A DNA stretch of 18,455 bases from Octopus sinensis. Taxonomy: Eukaryota. The notes beneath the pieces were generated by a model. The model had not been told where the DNA came from. It did no database searches and saw only the letters and a list, made by a program, of their open reading frames with translations. Location of the stretch: the NCBI RefSeq assembly GCF_006345805.1, contig NW_021824242.1, positions 1 to 18,455 of the forward strand. Reading direction: 5' to 3'. The position numbers were made by a program, and so were the translations under genes. This document shows, piece by piece, positions 1 to 8,890 of this stretch; the first letter of the stretch is position 1; each line of letters begins with the position of its first letter.

Positions 1-231
1 TTTCTCTATTATCATTCATGTTGCCAAAAACCAAAACACATACACTTACATATATACCATATATACATACATATATATATACGATTGATTTGTTTCAGTT
101 CCTGTCCACGAAATCCATATATATATATATATGTATGTATGTATACACACACACACAAAGATAAATTGATAGATACAACTGAGTGGGCAAACAAATATAT
201 GAGACACTGCATTGTGCTTTTTTATATTTTG

Positions 232-541
232 ATAAGCTTGGTACTTATTCTATCAGTTTCTTCTTGTGAAACCAGTAAGTTATGGGGATGTAAATAAACG
301 AACACCAGTTGTGAAGCAGTGATGAGGGAGAAACACAAAGACACACACATAGACTTACATATATTCATACCCATACATACAATAGATTTCTTTCAGTTTC
401 TCTCTACAAAATCCACTGACAAGGCTTTGGTTGGTCTGAGGCTATAGCAGAAGACACATGCCAAGTTACCACACAGTGGGACTGAACTGAGGACCGTGTG
501 TTTTGGAACCAAGTTTGTTACCACACAGCCACACCTGCACC
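232..541 (-). mobile_element. Diverged tRNA-derived SINE, family A
   Basis: The reverse complement aligns by eye with the copy at 2488-2912: head GGTGCAGG..TGGCTGTGTGGTAA, then ..CAGTCCCACTGTGTGG..CTTGGCATGTGTCTTCTGCTATAGCCTCAGACCAACCAAAGCCTTG, a microsatellite spacer, and a body ending GATAGAATAAGTACC. Confidence 0.8.
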
Positions 542-545
542 TATG

Positions 546-829
546 TATGTGTGTGGGGGTGAGGTGGATCGTTGTGTGTGTGTATGTGTGTATGGGTGTA
601 TATATGTATGCATGTATATATGTGTATATATATGTGTACATATTACATGTACATCTATATATACATCTAGACATACATGTATAACTATAGAAATACATCT
701 ATACATATACATGTATACATGTACATGTATAATATACATGTATACATATACAGCTATAAATATACATGTATATATCTATATATCTATATATACATATACA
801 TGTATATATAACATATATATATAACACAT

Positions 830-888
<59 letters not shown>
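546..888. repeat. (TA)n/(TACA)n/(TG)n compound microsatellite
   Basis: Directly visible; pure (TA)n at ~832-888. Confidence 0.95.
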
Positions 889-893
<5 letters not shown>

Positions 894-899
894 TCACTT

Positions 900-1266
900 T
901 AACAAGTAATACTGAAATAGTGGAGAAGATGTGATATTGCTGTGGGCTCGCCCTAGGCAAGAAGTTAAACATTTTTTTTTTGCCCATTACACTACATGGA
1001 CCCTAAGTAAGTCATGTGTAACATTTGAATGAAATTCGTTGTGTAGTTCTCAAGTTTTAGGGATTCATAGTGGAGAATATATGATATTGCTATGGGCTCG
1101 CCCTAGACAAGTAGTTAAACATTTTTGGGGGCTCATGACACTCCTTGGACCCTAAGTAAGGTATGTCTAAAATTTGAATGAAATTGGTTGTGTAGTTCTC
1201 AAGTTTTAGGGATTCACACAGACGGACAGGCAAACACACATTCTCAGTCTTATATATATAGAAGAT
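900..1266 (-). mobile_element. 5' part of a non-autonomous Helitron-like element with an internal ~150-bp tandem duplication
   Basis: The minus strand starts ATCTTCTATATATATAAGACTGAGAATGTGTGTTTGCCTGTCCGTCTG, resembling the TC-TATATATAT start of the Helitron at 13026. Units 918-1067 and 1068-1216 are direct repeats. No hairpin-CTAG 3' end is seen. Confidence 0.55.
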
Positions 1267-1393
1267 ATATATGTATATATATATATTTTTTTAATCAATT
1301 TAGGGTAGCAAAAAATTCAGTAAAAATTTATCGCTACCAGCGGCTAGTGGAAAAGAGAAAATAGTCAAAGACTAAATATATAAATATAACAAT

Positions 1394-1485
1394 TTAGGAA
1401 TGGCCTTTTTTCCGAATTGCACTACTTGGCGGTTGAGTTATGGTGCTCTTCTGGTGGACGAATGGCCTGTTTAGGCCATTCCTAA
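1394..1485. repeat. 13-bp perfect inverted repeat enclosing 66 bp (possible mini-MITE remnant)
   Basis: TTAGGAATGGCCT at 1394-1406 and AGGCCATTCCTAA at 1473-1485. Confidence 0.5.
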
Positions 1486-1489
1486 TGAT

Positions 1490-1505
1490 ATATTTGTATA
1501 TATAT

Positions 1506-1586
<81 letters not shown>

Positions 1587-1975
1587 ATATATATATATGT
1601 ATTGTATGTATATATATATATATATATATATGTTATATACCTGTATATATAATGTATATAATATGTATATATATGTTATATATGGATATATATATATATA
1701 TATATATATATAGCAATATATATGTATATATATGTATATGTTATATGGATTGTGTATAATGTATGTGTATATATATATATATATATATTGTGATATGTAT
1801 ATATATAAATGTATTATATGTATATATATAATGTATATATATGATATATATTATATGTATATATGTATATATATACATATATGATATATATATATGCATT
1901 ATATATATGTATATATATATAGTATATATATAATATATATATATATATTATTTATATATGTATATAACAATATAC
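1490..1975. repeat. Degenerate (TA)n/(TATG)n microsatellite
   Basis: Directly visible. Confidence 0.95.
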
Positions 1976-1984
1976 GGAAATCAT

Positions 1985-2480
1985 GCGTGTGTGTGCGCGC
2001 GCGTGTGTATGGATGGAAGTGAGTGTGTCTGTGTGTGTGTGTGTGTACATGCGTGTGTGCGTGTGGATATATGGGCTGATAGGGCAAGCGAGAATGTATA
2101 TATATAAAGAGAGGGTGACAGTTTATAGATGGATAAGTAGATAAGGAGAGAATGCAGAGCTAAATCGATAGAGATGATGTGTGTGTGTGTGTGTATGTGT
2201 GTGTGTGTGTGTCTGTATGCGTATAAGCGTATGTGTACACACACACGCACACACACACACACACGAGCACACACAAGCATACACACGCACACACGCACCA
2301 AGCACACATGTTGGTGGTAGAGGACTGTTGCCATGATTTGTCAACTATTATTCATTGTTCGATGGTTTTTCTCAATCGATTTTCACCACAACACCGGTAA
2401 TTCTACGCTGTGTGCTGATACATAGACGTATACATGCCTTTGAAAACGTGCGTGTGCGTGCGTGTGTGTGTGTGTGTCAT
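1985..2480. repeat. Mixed (TG)n/(CA)n/(CG)n low-complexity tracts
   Basis: Directly visible runs, interspersed with short purine-rich sequence. Confidence 0.85.
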
Positions 2481-2487
2481 GTATATA

Positions 2488-2911
2488 GGCGCAGGAGTGG
2501 CTGTGTGGTAAGTAGCTTGTTTACCAACCACAGTTTCGGGTTCATTCCCACTGCGTGGCACCTTGGGCAAGTGTCTTCTACTATACCCTCAGGCCGACCA
2601 AAGCCTTGTGAGTGGAATCTGAAAGAAACCCGTCGTAATATGTATATATATATATATATAGAATATATATATATATATATATATATATACGATGTTGTGT
2701 GTTTTATGTTTGTTTGCCAGTGTTTGTCTCTCCCCAACATCGCTTGACAACCGTAATTAGCGGTTCGGCAAAAGAGAACGATAGAATAAGTACTAGGCTT
2801 CCAAAGAAGCCTATACACAGACGAAGTCCTGGGGTCGATTTGCTCACTAAAGGCGGTGCTCCAGCATGGCCGCAGTCAAATGACTGAAAACAAGTAAAAG
2901 AGTAAAAGAGA

Positions 2912-2912
<1 letters not shown>
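2488..2912 (+). mobile_element. Near full-length tRNA-derived SINE, family A (head + internal microsatellite + body + (GTAAAAGA)n tail)
   Basis: Pol III box A-like TGGCTGTGTGG at 2498-2508 and box B-like GGTTCATTCCC at 2539-2549; internal (TA)n after CCCGTCG; tail AAGTAAAAGAGTAAAAGAG. Multiple homologous copies occur in the window. Confidence 0.9.
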
Positions 2913-2949
<37 letters not shown>

Positions 2950-2966
2950 TAGATATATATATATAT

Positions 2967-3281
2967 TTTATTATAGAAGGAGCTTATACAGGACTAGAAC
3001 TGTTCATTCAGAGAAATCTTCAGGAAGCTAGTAACAAGAATTGTATTGGCAGTTATACATTTAGGCAGGTTTAAAGGGGTGTTGGTGGGGGACTTTTTGG
3101 GGGGTCGGCATAGCGCAAAAAATCATGATTTTTGCGCTATGCTACCCCCCAAAAAGTCCCCCACCAACACCCCTTTAACCTGCCTAAAGTATAAATTGCC
3201 AATACATTCTTGTTAACTAGCTTCTGAGATTTCTCTTGAATGAACAGTCTAGTCCTGTAGAAGATCCTTCTATATAATAAA
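2967..3281. repeat. Spacerless ~315-bp palindrome (fold-back/MITE-like element)
   Basis: Arms 2967-3125 and 3126-3281 are reverse complements centred on TCA|TGA, including GGGGTGTTGGTGGGGGACTTTTTGGGGGGT / ACCCCCCAAAAAGTCCCCCACCAACACCCC. Confidence 0.9.
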
Positions 3282-3346
3282 TTAATTTTACTCTGTATGT
3301 ATTGGTAGTACTTATTTACGTGGTTAACCCGCATCAACCCGGGACC

Positions 3347-3408
3347 TACATATATATATATATATATATAGTATATATATCTATAAGAATATATATATAT
3401 ATAATATT

Positions 3409-3454
<46 letters not shown>

Positions 3455-3510
3455 TAAAAATATATATAATAAACATATATATATATATATATATATATAT
3501 TGTATGTATA
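3347..3510. repeat. (TA)n-rich microsatellite
   Basis: Directly visible. Confidence 0.95.
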
Positions 3511-3520
3511 ATATGTATTC

Positions 3521-3753
3521 ATTTGTCTGTATTTGTCCCCCACACCATCGCTTAATAACCGATGTTGGGGTGTTTACGTCCCCGTCACTTAGTGGTTCTG
3601 CAAAAGAATAGAATAAGTGCTAGGCTTACCAACCACATGGTTCCGGGTTCAGTCCCACTGCTTGGCATCTTGGGCATGTGTCTTCTGCTATAGCCCCGGG
3701 CCGACCAATGCCTTGTGAGGGATTTGGTAGACGGAAACTGAAAGAAGCCTGTC

Positions 3754-3848
<95 letters not shown>

Positions 3849-4067
3849 TTGTATGTCTGTGTTTGTCCCCCTAGCATTGCTTGACAACCGATTGCTGGTT
3901 GTGTTACTTTCCCGTCACTTAGCGTTCGGCAAAAGAGAACGATAGAATAAGTACTAGGCTTACAAAGAATAAGTCCCGGGTTCGATTTGCTCGACTAAAG
4001 GCGGTGCTCCAGCATGGCCGCAGTCAAATGACTGAAACAAGTAAAAGAGTAAAAGAGAGTAAAAGAG
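3521..4067 (+). mobile_element. Composite family A SINE: body fragment joined to a 5'-clipped full copy
   Basis: 3521-3629 is body sequence. At GCTTAC (3624-3629) it switches to head sequence CAACCACATGGTTCCGGGTTCAGTCCC, then continues through (TA)n(TG)n, the body and the tail to 4067. Confidence 0.85.
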
Positions 4068-4198
4068 TATATATATATATATATACGGCCATGCTGGAAC
4101 ACCTCAAGAAACGCGTGTAGCCCAGATATGAGTAGTAAGTATTAAATTAAATTAAAATTCTTTTATATGGTGGGATGAAGGGGACTACTATCTCCAGA

Positions 4199-4242
<44 letters not shown>

Positions 4243-4245
4243 ATC

Positions 4246-4555
4246 TTCTCTTTTTTCTTTTCCTTCTCGAGCCATGCCAGGCTCCTAAGGGCCGGGTTCC
4301 CCGTTTTCTTGGCGTATAGTTTCCCCTACTGGACAGGACGCCGGTCTGTCGCAGGTGAGCTGCAAGATGCAGGAGGAAAGAGTGAGAGAAAGTCGAGGCG
4401 AAAGAGTCAGCAGACGTTCGCCATTACCTTCTGCCGGAGCCGCGTTGAGCTTAGGTGTTTCGCTCATAAACACAACACATCGCCCGGTCTGAGATTCGAA
4501 CCCGAGATCTCTCGACCGCGAGTCCGCTGCTCTAACCATTAGGCTATGTGCCTCC
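4246..4555 (-). mobile_element. tRNA-derived SINE, family C
   Basis: The minus strand reads GGAGGCACATAGCCTAATGGTTAGAGCAGCGGACTCGCGGTCGAGAGATCTCGGGTTCGAATCT, with canonical box A (TAGCCTAATGG, 4546-4536) and box B (GGTTCGAATCT, 4502-4492); non-tRNA body and A-rich tail at ~4246-4265. Confidence 0.85.
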
Positions 4556-4556
4556 T

Positions 4557-4621
<65 letters not shown>

Positions 4622-4653
4622 CATGCACATGCACGCACTCGCATTCTGCCGAT

Positions 4654-4767
4654 CAAGTTGGCAGTATCGTTAGAACGGGGTCGAAATGCAGTGCGATATA
4701 CGTTCCGGTTTTCTTCTGGGCTCCGAGTTCAAATACCACCGAGGTCGACTTTACCTTTCGGTGTTGA
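4654..4767 (+). mobile_element. Diverged head fragment of SINE family B
   Basis: GTTGGCAGTATCGTTAG..GAAATGC..GAGTTCAAATACCACCGAGGTCGACTTTACCTTTCGG aligns with the reverse complement of 5250-5380. Confidence 0.7.
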
Positions 4768-4936
4768 CGACGATGGCGACGATAATGATTCGCCATGGCC
4801 GGTCCTTTAATCTTGTTGAGAAAGGAAGGCAGATGTGAGCGTAGGGTTAGTAGCCCTGCGCTATCAATTTCCAGTGCTACTTTGGCATGCGGTCTACTAC
4901 TATATCCAGAGTCTAAGTTGGGAAATGACTTGATCT

Positions 4937-5012
4937 GGGTTAGGATTAGGGTTAAGATTAGGATTTAGGGCTAAGGTTAAGGATGGGTTTAGAGTTGGGT
5001 TTAGGGTTCGGG
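4937..5012 (+). repeat. Degenerate telomere-like (TTAGGG)n tract
   Basis: GGGTTAGGATTAGGGTTAAGATTAGGATTTAGGGCTAAGGTTAAGG..TTTAGGGTTCGGG; 6-bp periodicity with variants. Confidence 0.7.
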
Positions 5013-5015
5013 ATA

Positions 5016-5135
5016 TTGGTCGGTCCGGGACTATAGCAGAAGACACTTGCCCAAGACACCATTCAGCGGGACTGAGCCCCGGATTAGTTTGCAAAAATAA
5101 AAACAAATTCTTAACCACACAGCCTTGCCCACGCC
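5016..5135 (-). mobile_element. Family A SINE head only (3'-truncated)
   Basis: The reverse complement reads GGCGTGGGCAAGGCTGTGTGGTTAAGAA..CTTGGGCAAGTGTCTTCTGCTATAGTCCCGGACCGACCAA and stops at the telomere-like tract. Confidence 0.75.
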
Positions 5136-5159
5136 TGACTGATAGTGACATACTAAATA

Positions 5160-5380
5160 TGTATTTCACTACTGCCCACAAGGGGCTAAACACAGAGGGG
5201 ACAAACGGATTATGTCGATTACATTGACCCCAGGGTGTAACTGGTACTTAATTTATCGACCCCGAAAGGATGAAAGGCAAAGTCGACCTCGGCAGAATTT
5301 GAACTCAGAACGTAACGGCAGACGAAATACGGCTACGCATTTCGCCCGGCGTGCTAACGAGTCTGCCAGCTCGCCGCCTT
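5160..5380 (-). mobile_element. tRNA-derived SINE, family B (tail variant 1)
   Basis: Minus strand AAGGCGGCGAGCTGGCAGACTCGTTAGCACGCCGGGCGAAATGCGTAGCCG..GAGTTCAAATTC (box B-like)..GGGGTCGATAAATTAAGTACCAG..; homologous to 6834-7050. Confidence 0.85.
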
Positions 5381-5894
5381 ACGAAATATGATGTAACTAT
5401 ATCATAGAATGTTGTAAGATTTCATGTTGTTTTGTGAGAATTTGGTTTCGCGTACGTACTAGACTGTCAAAGAAGTACCTCACCATAAATGTGGATGAAA
5501 ACGATATTGTTTGATGACAACTTCTGGAGTATAAAATACAGCTTTGGTTGAATAGTAACTTTTTGAAATTACAAAGTACTGAGATTTTTAACACTCCACA
5601 AGTTACTATGATCATCTTTTGTCGTCATTAGAAATCAACCATGTTATGTTAAAAGATAATTCTTTAGGGACTTTCTATAAATTTATTATCCGTTTTGAAA
5701 GATATCCTAAGACTTATGAAGTCCGATGAGAACGATAAAATTAAATTATTAGTATCAAGTCGAGAGTATAACAGCAGCCAGTTACTATGATGGAACTGGG
5801 TGGTTTGAAGCAAAGAGAAAAAGAGGAAGTTGAAGACGGTATCACCTATTATTCTATAGTAAAACATATCTTCCATCTAAATTTCCAGGCAGTA

Positions 5895-6478
5895 AGTTCC
5901 AAGATACATCTCACGGATGCTCTGGGATGCCTCATCCGTGATATTTTTGAGGTCCCAGCAGGATCTGGGTCTAATTACATCAGGCCCTCTCGCTCAGTTG
6001 ACCCAGCAGGGGTTGATCAATTCCCAGCTTGCATCCCAGCAGCAGAAAACCACTGGTCTGATTTCTTTATCCAAAACCATCTAATGGCCTTTGTAGCTGC
6101 TTCCGTAATGAAACTTACGGCCGTCTTCTTTGCGGCACCAATAAATTCCAAGCCCAGTCACAGCTTTGCAGAACGACCGCCTCACAAACCTCAAGCAGCT
6201 CGCTTTAAATGCTTTACAACGTACCTGTTAGCTCAGATTTCGGCGCTGCTCTATCAACTCCTACTATATGGCAAGCTTCTTCTCATGAGCTTCCTCCATG
6301 TGTTCCTCGCGTGACACAGTCAGTTCTCACACGCCCATCTGTCTGGTGGAATTGGAAGAGATCATTGTGTCTGGGTCAGGGTGTTGTTGTTTGTACGATG
6401 CACTGGTTTGCGAACATTTACTGTTCCGCGAGATTCACTCTGAGCTGCCAGTCTTGGAATGTGTAAAGTAAGCATAGC
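5895..6478 (-). mobile_element. 3' fragment of a HERO-like non-LTR retrotransposon (degenerate RLE endonuclease C-terminus + 3'UTR)
   Basis: Not in the ORF track because of stops and frameshifts. Manual minus-strand translation gives DWQLRVNL..QTTT../PDTMISSNSTRQMGV*ELTVSREEHMEEAHEKKL..EL../AAKKTAVSFITEAATKAIRWFWIKKSDQW..GN* (stop at 6019-6017), i.e. the (R)PD..ELTVPWE..EEAHERK..KY pattern of PD-(D/E)xK RLE domains. The HERO assignment is from memory of that clade's C-terminus. Confidence 0.75.
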
Positions 6479-6833
6479 TGTTGAAATTTCATTGAATGAG
6501 GGTATTCAATATACATTCATTGAAACTGAACAATCTTTTAATAACTTTATCAGTTTTCTTTCACAAATATGGAAAATATTAAAATAGAATTCTGTAATTA
6601 ATTTGCTTGAAACCTTTCAATGTGTACATGATACAAATGTTTTAAAAGGACCCGAGAGCAATATAGGCGAGACGTTTAAGCAAAATAGATTATGTCGATA
6701 AATGAAAAAGAAAACTGTTATTGCATTACCTTACATAAATTGTTTAAGGCTTCTGTTGAAGTTTGGGAAAGACTAGAGAATTATTAAACAACCTATATAG
6801 CAGGGATCCGCAAAGTGGTCTACACTGATCCAG

Positions 6834-7050
6834 TACTCTTTTCTTCTCTAGGAACAAGACCCGAAATTTTGGAGGAGAGGGCCAGTCGATTAGATCGACC
6901 CCTAGTACTTGACTGGTACTTAATTTATCGACCTCGAAAGGATGAAAAGCAAAGTCGACTACGACGGAATTTGAGCTCAGAACGTAAAGACAGACGAAAT
7001 ATCGCTAAGCATTTCACCCGGCACGAACGTTTCTGCCAGCTCGCCGCCTT
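6834..7050 (-). mobile_element. SINE family B (tail variant 2)
   Basis: Head and core match 5250-5380; the 3' part differs (..GACTGGCCCTCTCCTCCAAAATTTCGGGTCTTGTTCCTAGAGAAG..). Confidence 0.85.
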
Positions 7051-7127
7051 AATTTCCAACCTAATATTAATGCAATAACTAATATCCACCAAACACGTAT
7101 TTTACATTAAGTAGTCTTATTACATCG

Positions 7128-8520
7128 TACTTGTACTTGTGACGGCGTTCACCCAGGGCGGGTTGAGTCGGCTTTATCTCTGGTCCTGATGGCATCACGA
7201 ACCATGGCGGCCCACGCTCGACAGTCCTGTGCGAGGTCACTGGAGATAGCGAGCCATTCGCGGTTCCATCTGCGCAGACCGACCACCTGCGGACCTGAGA
7301 GTTCGGAGAGGTCCTCCATTATCGTCGTTGCCCAGGTCTTCAGCTGCCCGCCCGTGCGTTTGCGCCATTTGGGAAGTGGAGGTGGGAGGAGGACATCGCG
7401 AATCAGCTCACCCTCTGGACGCCGGGCTGCATGACCGAACCACTTTAAGCGCCGTTGTAGAAGCACCGAAGTGAGGGGCCGGAGATTCAGGCGATGACAA
7501 AGACCGGCTGTAGGAACCCGATCAATGCATCGGCAGCGAAGAATGCGGCGGAGACAGTCATTGTCGAACACCCCCAGCCCTCGCTGATCGACTACCCTCA
7601 TAGGCCATGTTTCACAACCATAGAGGAGGATAATACGAACGACGGCCTGGTAGATTCGCCCTTTGATCACCGAGGAGATCTCTCTTCTGTCCTACAGGCA
7701 CCACTGGCGGCGCACGAATGCGTATCTGGCACCTATGTGACGCTCGACCTCGGCTGCGCCCTGGCCCGTTGGAACCACCATTGAACCCAGGTAGACTAAG
7801 AACTCCACATCCTCCAGCTCCACGCCCTCGAGAACGATTGGCTGCCAGTCATCTGCTGCGACCAGAGACGTCATCACTTTGGTTTTGCCAGCATTGATCC
7901 GAAGACCAACAGCTGCCGCTGCTGCATGCACCCTTTCGAGAGCATCTTGGACATCTGCCCGGTTAGAGACCAAGAGCGCGATGTCATCTGCGTAGGCCAG
8001 ATCCGTCACCACGACTCCTCTCCCAGCCTCTACGCCCGGGTAGTCCCAAAGCGCAGTGTAAAGAATGTAATCGATGGCGTAATTGAATAGGGTTGGCGAG
8101 AGCGCACAACCCTGTCGAACACCGATAGTGACATCAAACGACTCCGTCTCCTCGCCATAGACCCTCACACGAGCCTTCGTTGAACGATAGTAGCCCTGTA
8201 TGAGATTTAGCAGCTTCACAGGGATACCGTCCGCCTGCATTATACGCCAGAGGGCCTCTCGATCCACCGAGTCGAAGGCAGCCGCAAAATCGAGGAAGCA
8301 GAGAACGGTAGGTTGTTGGTGCGCCCACCACCGGAGACTAAAGATTTGATCAACACACACTCTCCTAGGACGGAAGCCATCCCGAGAAGGACGAGTAAGA
8401 ACAACACGGATGGTCTGGAACCACTTCAGAAGAAGGATTGCAAAGGTTTTGGCTGCCGCATCGATCAAGCTGATGCCTCTGTAGTTGGAACATAGCTTTC
8501 TATCACCTTTTTGGAACTCG
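7128..8520 (-). mobile_element. 5'-truncated, inactivated RTE-clade LINE (reverse transcriptase + C-terminus + short tandem tail)
   Basis: KGDRKLCSNYRGISLID (RT start, ~8515), CFLDFAAAFDSVDREALW, GVRQGCALSPTLFN, DLAYADDIALL, YLGS, LLYGCETW and WFGHAARR motifs. ORFs 7692-8468 and 7149-7670 are in frame and separated by one TAG at 7692-7694; (CAAGTA)2 tail at 7139-7128; no APE domain present. Confidence 0.92.
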
Positions 8521-8630
8521 AAACTGCATGATACTTGCTCTCCTGGTTTTCTTTTATAGCCACTTTGTACGCTGTGGAACTACTCCTCGATAAAGACGTC
8601 GGAGTTGAATTTCAAATTATTTGAGTACTA

Positions 8631-8642
8631 AGAAGCCCGTCG

Positions 8643-8701
<59 letters not shown>

Positions 8702-8890
8702 TTGCGTGTCTGTGGTTGTCCCTTCACCATCACTTGACAACCTATTTTGGTATGTCTACGTCCCCGTAACTTAGCGGTTCGGCAAAAGAGACCGATAGAA
8801 TAAGTACTAGGCTTTCAAAGAATATGTCCAAGGGTCGAACTGTTTGACTAAAAGGCGGTGCTCAAGCATGGCCGCAGTCAAATGACTGAA
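8631..8890 (+). mobile_element. 5'-truncated family A SINE (spacer + body)
   Basis: AGAAGCCCGTCG(TA)n(TG)n..CCCCGTAACTTAGCGGTTCGGCAAAAGAGACCGATAGAATAAGTACTAGG..CATGGCCGCAGTCAAATGACTGAA. Confidence 0.85.

Noticed and set aside
12-2747. Numerous 60-130 aa ORFs rich in YI/HT/CV dipeptides (also 3346-3887, 10424-11256, 17161-17938)
   Set aside because: They are read-throughs of (TA)n, (CA)n and (TG)n microsatellites that lack stop codons; no protein-like content.
3269-3350. Possible mini-Helitron (TC-TATATAATAAA start, CCCG..CGGG hairpin at 3328-3343) overlapping the palindrome's right end
   Set aside because: No CTAG/CTRR terminus after the hairpin and the stem is only 4 bp; insufficient support.
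4480-4555. Functional tRNA gene
   Set aside because: Boxes A and B are present, but there is no proper acceptor stem or clear anticodon arm, and it runs into a SINE body with an A-rich tail.
5787-6314. 175-aa plus-strand ORF
   Set aside because: No recognisable motif; it is the antisense shadow of the HERO-like relic on the minus strand.
6725-6800. Additional minus-strand splice-site pairs here and near 13730-13850
   Set aside because: The region near 13730-13850 has stops in all frames and the 6725-6800 peptides are unrecognisable; such matches are common by chance in AT-rich DNA.
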